Positions 57,209 through 64,000 of a DNA stretch of 64,000 nucleotides are shown piece after piece; positions within the stretch are counted from its first letter, which is position 1, and each line of letters begins with the position of its first letter. Under the pieces are notes generated by a model. That model saw nothing but the letters and a program-made list of their open reading frames with translations. It was not told the origin of the DNA and ran no database searches. Made by a program: the position numbers and the translations under genes. Location of the stretch: the NCBI GenBank assembly GCA_033764015.1, contig JANRJK010000046.1, positions 72,782 through 136,781 on the forward strand. Direction: 5' to 3'. Source of the DNA: Candidatus Sumerlaeia bacterium. Its GTDB lineage: Bacteria > Sumerlaeota > Sumerlaeia > SLMS01 > JANRJK01.

Positions 57209-57835
57209 CTAGGGCGCCGGTTCGCCCTCGATGTGCAGCTCGGGCGTGTTTGCGGAGGTGATGGATAGAGGCGTGCATGCACCGGACGGGGCGACTGCAA
57301 GGTAGAAGGTGTACTCCCCCGGCAGGCTGCCCCCTTTGGCATTCGCCGAAAAGCGCGCGGACACGAAGGCAAGCGCTTCCACGTCCCCGCCGACGTCGAG
57401 CTTGGCAATGTCGCGCAGGTCGGAGAGCAAGGGGTCGCCCTCCGCCACAAGCGCGATCTCAAGCCGACTGGGATCAATTGATTCCCAGCGGTAGTTCTCA
57501 CTGCCGAGCATGCCTCGAAACGCCGCGAAGCCTCCGTCGACCGGAGGAGCCAAACCCCAACTTGGCCCCATAAAGTCCGCCGACTCCGGCGTCGTCGAGG
57601 CGACCACCGAGTAGACCCCCAAGACGCGCTCCGCGAGTGCTCGGCGCCCCAAGCCAACGGAGTCGGCCACATCAGGCGGCACCCTGTCCTCGAAAAGGTT
57701 GACGGCTTCGTTCCGGCGCTTGGCGAGGTCGCTTGGCCTCACTGAAACCATTGTCGGGGAAGGCTGCGGCGCCGCTCCCTGACTCTCCACGTCGTGATCG
57801 GGTGAGCAGGCGCACAAGAGCAACAGCGCAACCAT
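57209..57835 (-). CDS. Hypothetical (lipo)protein, secreted
   Basis: MVALLLLCACSPDHD has a signal peptide with Cys near the cleavage site. G+C is moderately lower than in the flanks. No motifs are recognised. Confidence 0.4.
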   Translation of the reverse strand: MVALLLLCACSPDHDVESQGAAPQPSPTMVSVRPSDLAKRRNEAVNLFEDRVPPDVADSVGLGRRALAERVLGVYSVVASTTPESADFMGPSWGLAPPVDGGFAAFRGMLGSENYRWESIDPSRLEIALVAEGDPLLSDLRDIAKLDVGGDVEALAFVSARFSANAKGGSLPGEYTFYLAVAPSGACTPLSITSANTPELHIEGEPAP

Positions 57836-57861
57836 TACCAAGCGCGGCACCAGAGGATGCG

Positions 57862-58209
57862 TCAACAAGGCGATACCTTCTTGGTGACTGATCTCGTTGA
57901 GTTTATGACCTTGTAGGTCCAACGGCAGCACTTGTCGATCCTTGTGCACAGGATACCGTTCGTGTAGGTCGTGACGTACTTGTACCTCGGGCATCCCGCC
58001 CTATTCTCGAAGGTCCCGTTGGTGTACTGATCATCGCAGATCCAGTCCGTCTCCACGCACGGTGGCGGGTCCCCACAAGGATTCTTGACGAGATCGGGCT
58101 CCTCAACCTCGGAGGCATCTCCAGGATTCTCTAGAGGAATACTCGCGAACGCGAGCGAGACCGCTATCGCTACCGCTGCAAGGGACGCAATTGACTTCTT
58201 GGAAATCAT
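57862..58209 (-). CDS. Small secreted Cys-rich protein (~115 aa, 9 Cys in the mature part)
   Basis: The signal peptide is MISKKSIASLAAVAIAVSLAFA. The mature region has CGDPPPC, WIC, GC, LC and KCC with regularly spaced Cys. It lies immediately upstream of the lipoprotein gene on the same strand. Confidence 0.4.
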   Translation of the reverse strand: MISKKSIASLAAVAIAVSLAFASIPLENPGDASEVEEPDLVKNPCGDPPPCVETDWICDDQYTNGTFENRAGCPRYKYVTTYTNGILCTRIDKCCRWTYKVINSTRSVTKKVSPC

Positions 58210-58389
58210 GCCTGGTGCCATCCTTCCGGGTTGGGATGGCATGGTGTTTGCCCCTCCCCCCGAACGTCCGGCGCAACAAGATTGTTCTCAAGAACTCGCA
58301 AGAGCGCGAGCGAGTGCGGTCCCGCTTACCTGCGTACGGGGCAGCAATGGATCGATGAGCCATGTCAGCGCGTCGCAGGCTAGGTCTGC

Positions 58390-58438
58390 AAAAAGGTGAT
58401 GCCGGAGCGTGCCCCCGGAATCGTCACGCTCCGGCATC
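58390..58438 (-). terminator. Rho-independent terminator (minus strand)
   Basis: On the minus strand a 14-bp perfect stem GATGCCGGAGCGTG/CACGCTCCGGCATC with a 13-nt loop is followed by ACCTTTTTGC. Confidence 0.6.
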
Positions 58439-58691
58439 GGCTTACGAATGGAGATGTAAACTCCGCTCCCTTAAGCTGTTCCCCCAGCGTGCCGTTGCTA
58501 TGGCTACCCTATACCACGTCTCGTGCCGCTACGCGCGGAGCAGCTATGTCCGGCAAGCACAGGGCTGATTTCAATAATCTTAACGGCTCTTCGGGAGGGC
58601 GCCGCCGACGGTGCGCCGGTGCGAATCCACGGCCCCGCCGCAACGGCGCGCGTTGCGCCGTGCGGGTGCCGTTGCAGCGCTGCAACCTTGT

Positions 58692-60068
58692 CTACGGAGC
58701 GCGGCGGGGCGCCGCCGGCGCGAGCGCCACCACCACCAGCAACGGCCAAATCGGCAGCCGGAACCGCGGGCCGGTGTTGCCGCCGGCCCAAAGCGACAGA
58801 CCAGTGAGCAGCCCCGCCGCCGCCAGCGGCAGCAGCAGCCGCGCGTCGCGCTCCCCGAGCGCGCGCCACCCCCGCGCGATGGCGAGCCACAGCACCGCGA
58901 ACAGGAGCGCCTGCTCCGCCAGGCCGAGCAGTAGGCCCTTCCACGCGGCGCGGTCGAGCGCGCCGCCGCCGGAAAGCATCGCCCCCGTGCCCGGGTAGGC
59001 GGCCCCGACCCACGGGCCATAGTCCCGTAACGCGGGGGCGTAGAGCGCGGCGAGGCTCCGGAGCGTCACGCGCAGCGTCGCGGCGGGGTGCCCGGCGAAG
59101 ATCCCGAGCGCCTCCGAAGTCCACCGGTCCGCGAGAGGCCCCGGCGGCGCCTCGCGCGACGGCCGGCTGATGAGGTGGTAGTGCTCCTTGAACTCGGCGA
59201 TGTAGACCGTCCAGAAGTCCACTCCCTCCGCCTCGGCGCGGACCCGGTTGGCGTGCTCGAAGCGCAGGTTCCAGGCGCCGATCTCGCAGAAATGGAACGA
59301 GCCGAGCACCACCCGGTTGCGCGCCGTCCACGCGAGCGCCGGGAGCGCGAGCACGAGCAGCGCGGCCGCGGCCCAGCGCGGGGACAGGCGCCCGCGCCAA
59401 GCGATCCCCGCCACCGCCAAACCGGCCAGCGGCAGGAGGTACAACCCCACCGGGCGCACGAGTGGCAGCAGCCCGGCTACCGCGCACCCCATCAGCAGCG
59501 GCCCGCGCCCCGTCCGCCCGCCCAGCCCCGCGCGGAACCCCAGCCACAGCGCCGCGCAGACGCCGCACAGGAAGAGCACGTCCGTGTAGACGTAGAGCAC
59601 CCATTGGAGCGTCAGCGGGTGGGCGGCGACGAACGCGGCGGCCACCGCCGCGCGCCGGGGGCCGGCGCCGAGTTCGCGCGCCGCGAGCCCCGCGAAGAGC
59701 CCCGCCCCAAGCGCCAGCAGCGCGTTGAGCCCCACCGCCACGAACGGGTCGGAGCCGAAGAGCGCGAAGGCAAGCGCCAGCACCGCCGGATAGCCCGGGG
59801 TCCGCATGCTGGAAGGCAACAGATCGGGCGGGGGGATCTCGGAGAAGACGCCGTGGAGTCGCAGGTTCTCGGCCGCGCGCCAGTAGCCGACCGCGTCGAA
59901 CTGCACCAGGCCCGGCACCCGCTGGTGGTGCGCGGCGGTCCAAAGCGCGGCCGCGAGCGCGGAGAGCGCCAGCGCCGCCGCCAGCCAACGCCGGAAGCGC
60001 GCCGCGTCGCTTCCTCCTTGCCGGTCGGAGGGCGGCGACTCAAGCTTGGCGGCGGAGGAAGGCGTCAT
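58692..60068 (-). CDS. Glycosyltransferase family 39/83-like membrane protein (ArnT/PMT-type, polytopic)
   Basis: There are multiple TM helices. The N-terminal loop region (HGVFSEIPPPDLLPSSMRTPGYPAVLALAFALFG) resembles ArnT/PMT family loop 1. The start is uncertain because ORF 58692..60188 extends further upstream. Confidence 0.6.
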   Translation of the reverse strand: MTPSSAAKLESPPSDRQGGSDAARFRRWLAAALALSALAAALWTAAHHQRVPGLVQFDAVGYWRAAENLRLHGVFSEIPPPDLLPSSMRTPGYPAVLALAFALFGSDPFVAVGLNALLALGAGLFAGLAARELGAGPRRAAVAAAFVAAHPLTLQWVLYVYTDVLFLCGVCAALWLGFRAGLGGRTGRGPLLMGCAVAGLLPLVRPVGLYLLPLAGLAVAGIAWRGRLSPRWAAAALLVLALPALAWTARNRVVLGSFHFCEIGAWNLRFEHANRVRAEAEGVDFWTVYIAEFKEHYHLISRPSREAPPGPLADRWTSEALGIFAGHPAATLRVTLRSLAALYAPALRDYGPWVGAAYPGTGAMLSGGGALDRAAWKGLLLGLAEQALLFAVLWLAIARGWRALGERDARLLLPLAAAGLLTGLSLWAGGNTGPRFRLPIWPLLVVVALAPAAPRRAP

Positions 60069-61254
60069 GGGCGGAACCCTCGCGGCAACACCCCCCGGAA
60101 CGGAAGTCGATTCTCCGCGGGCGATCAACGACGTGCTCACGCTGCTGGACCAGACGTACCTCAGCGAGCGCACCGTGGGAAGGCCCACGCACTACGACAT
60201 CGCCGTCTCCGTGGTCTGCAACATCAAGTGCCCGTTCTGCCCCCGGCAGACCTTCGGCGACGAGGTGAAGTCCGGCCTGCTCAAGCAGGAGCACTTCGAC
60301 CCCGTCGCGCCGCACCTCGAGGTGAGCCACAAGACCGGCCTCTACGGCCTCGGCGAGCCCTTCCTGAACAAGAACTTCATGCGCTACCTGAAGGAGACCA
60401 AGGCGCGCGGCAGCTACGCCATGACCAGCTCCCACGGCATGTCGCTCACCAGCGAGATGATCGACACGATCCTCGACTCCGGCCTCGACGAGCTGTGCGT
60501 CTCCATGGACGGCCCGACGCCGCGGACCTTCAACTTCCTGCGCGACGGCGCGGACTTCGACACGGTCTGCCGCAACGTCGGCGAGCTGCTGCGGCGCCGC
60601 GGCGCGCGCGGCCAGGAGCTGCCCCGCGTCCACATCGCCTGCGCCGTCTCGAAGTACAACGTCTGGCACATGGCGGGGATGGTGCGCCTCGCGCTCCGCC
60701 TCGGCGCGGACCGGCTCGTGTTCTCGAACCTCGTGCTCGACCACCCGGAGCACGCCCACGCTTCGATCGTCGGCACGCGCATGTTCCATTGGAACCTCGC
60801 GCGGGCGAAGAAAGCGGCGGAACGCGCCGGCCTCGAATGCTTCTACTTCCCCCAGAAGCCGTTCCCCTGGCTCGAGCTGCCGAACCCCGCGCCCCGCAAA
60901 GGCGTCCGCCACGGCTGCCCCTCCGCCTGGCGCTCGCTCATCATCGAACGCGACGGCAACGTGAAGCCCTGCTGCTACCTGGCCACGTCCTTCGGCAACA
61001 CCGCCGAGGCGCCCATGGAGGAGATCTTCAACAGCGGGAAGGCCCGCGAGCTGCGCCGCAGCTTCATCGAGGGAACCTATTGGGACGCCTGCAAAGGATG
61101 CGGGCAGTTCAGCGAGATCACGCCGGAGCGGACGCTCGACCTGATCGGCGAGGCGGAGGCGGCCGCGCGCGCCGGCGCCTTCAGCGACGGCGTGCGCGAG
61201 CGGCTGCTCCACACGGTCGCGCACTTCCGGGAGTTGGCGGCGGCGGCGAAGTAG
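60067..61254 (+). CDS. Radical SAM protein with C-terminal SPASM/twitch domain (anaerobic sulfatase-maturase-like)
   Basis: The CNIKCPFC CxxxCxxC radical SAM motif is near the N-terminus and a GLGEP (GGEP-like) motif follows. The C-terminal Cys cluster is GCPSAW...PCCY...CKGC. The length, about 395 aa, is typical of anSME-like maturases. The exact start is uncertain because ORF 60046..61254 offers an earlier ATG. Confidence 0.65.
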   Translation: MGGTLAATPPGTEVDSPRAINDVLTLLDQTYLSERTVGRPTHYDIAVSVVCNIKCPFCPRQTFGDEVKSGLLKQEHFDPVAPHLEVSHKTGLYGLGEPFLNKNFMRYLKETKARGSYAMTSSHGMSLTSEMIDTILDSGLDELCVSMDGPTPRTFNFLRDGADFDTVCRNVGELLRRRGARGQELPRVHIACAVSKYNVWHMAGMVRLALRLGADRLVFSNLVLDHPEHAHASIVGTRMFHWNLARAKKAAERAGLECFYFPQKPFPWLELPNPAPRKGVRHGCPSAWRSLIIERDGNVKPCCYLATSFGNTAEAPMEEIFNSGKARELRRSFIEGTYWDACKGCGQFSEITPERTLDLIGEAEAAARAGAFSDGVRERLLHTVAHFRELAAAAK

Positions 61255-61280
61255 CCGCCGCCGACCGCCCGCCCGCGGGG

Positions 61281-63791
<2,511 letters not shown>

Positions 63792-64000
63792 CAGTTAGTA
63801 GGGCCGGGGTCCAAGATAGTCCAGTATACTCAAGGTAGAGCGCACCGGAGCGACGGGCACGGCAACCCTAAAGCGGACATGCGGGGTGGCATGGCAAAAC
63901 GCTTCATCAACCGCCGCCGCGGGTCCCGGGTGCTCGTATCGGCTTGAACTCCAAGCCGTTCGCTGCTTGGCTAACCCCCGCAGCAGAGTCTAGGCGTCGT

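Noticed and set aside
58362-58998. Plus-strand ORFs 58362..58568 and 58396..58998 spanning the terminator hairpin and GT39 3' end
   Set aside because: They run through a strong terminator stem and into antisense of the GT39 gene. The composition looks artefactual.

Overview
This is a high-G+C (about 68-70% by eye) bacterial chromosomal segment. It is densely coded on both strands by long ORFs with Ala/Arg/Gly-rich codon bias. Most long antisense ORFs in the six-frame track are GC-frame artefacts. Prepilin-type N-termini, many eukaryotic-like Ser/Thr kinases, a sulfatase-maturase-like radical SAM protein and a sigma-54 system suggest a PVC-superphylum-like or similar GC-rich organism, but I cannot assign taxonomy from sequence alone.

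Housekeeping content:
- tyrS
- infC-rpmI-rplT followed by tRNA-Ser(TGA)
- tRNA-Arg(ACG)
- scpA-scpB
- upp
- pabC-like class IV aminotransferase
- an MqnA/MqnD-family (futalosine-pathway) protein
- an RND efflux pair (membrane fusion protein plus AcrB-like pump)
- pullulanase
- pilT
- a secretin and a prepilin-type protein
- a sigma-54 response regulator
- an Rrf2 regulator with a YbjQ / anti-sigma / ECF-sigma cluster
- several secreted hydrolases
- four Ser/Thr kinases, one fused to a class III nucleotide cyclase domain

The clearest accessory signal is around comM (6419-7951, minus strand). Two segments of markedly lower G+C flank it.
1. Upstream, abutting its start codon, a type II R-M pair: a C5-cytosine methyltransferase at 8754-10079 and a low-GC putative PD-(D/E)xK restriction endonuclease at 7955-8824. 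The nuclease stop lies 3 nt before the comM ATG.
2. Downstream, a single-gene ~1.2 kb low-GC island (4896-6150) encoding an N-terminal HNH nuclease motif fused to a ~330-aa domain with no motif I recognise. This is a candidate stand-alone defence or abortive-infection effector.

Other items worth a second look:
- a perfect 16-bp inverted repeat that is AT-rich for this genome, between the divergent MTase and a 905-aa secreted protein gene
- an orphan vsr gene about 16 kb from the only C5-MTase
- a NYN-nuclease plus cold-shock-domain fusion
- an adenylyl-cyclase / Ser-Thr-kinase / TM fusion of about 1100 aa
- a divergent radical-SAM/SPASM and GT39 gene pair near a small Cys-rich secreted protein

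No CRISPR array, transposase or integrase was seen.
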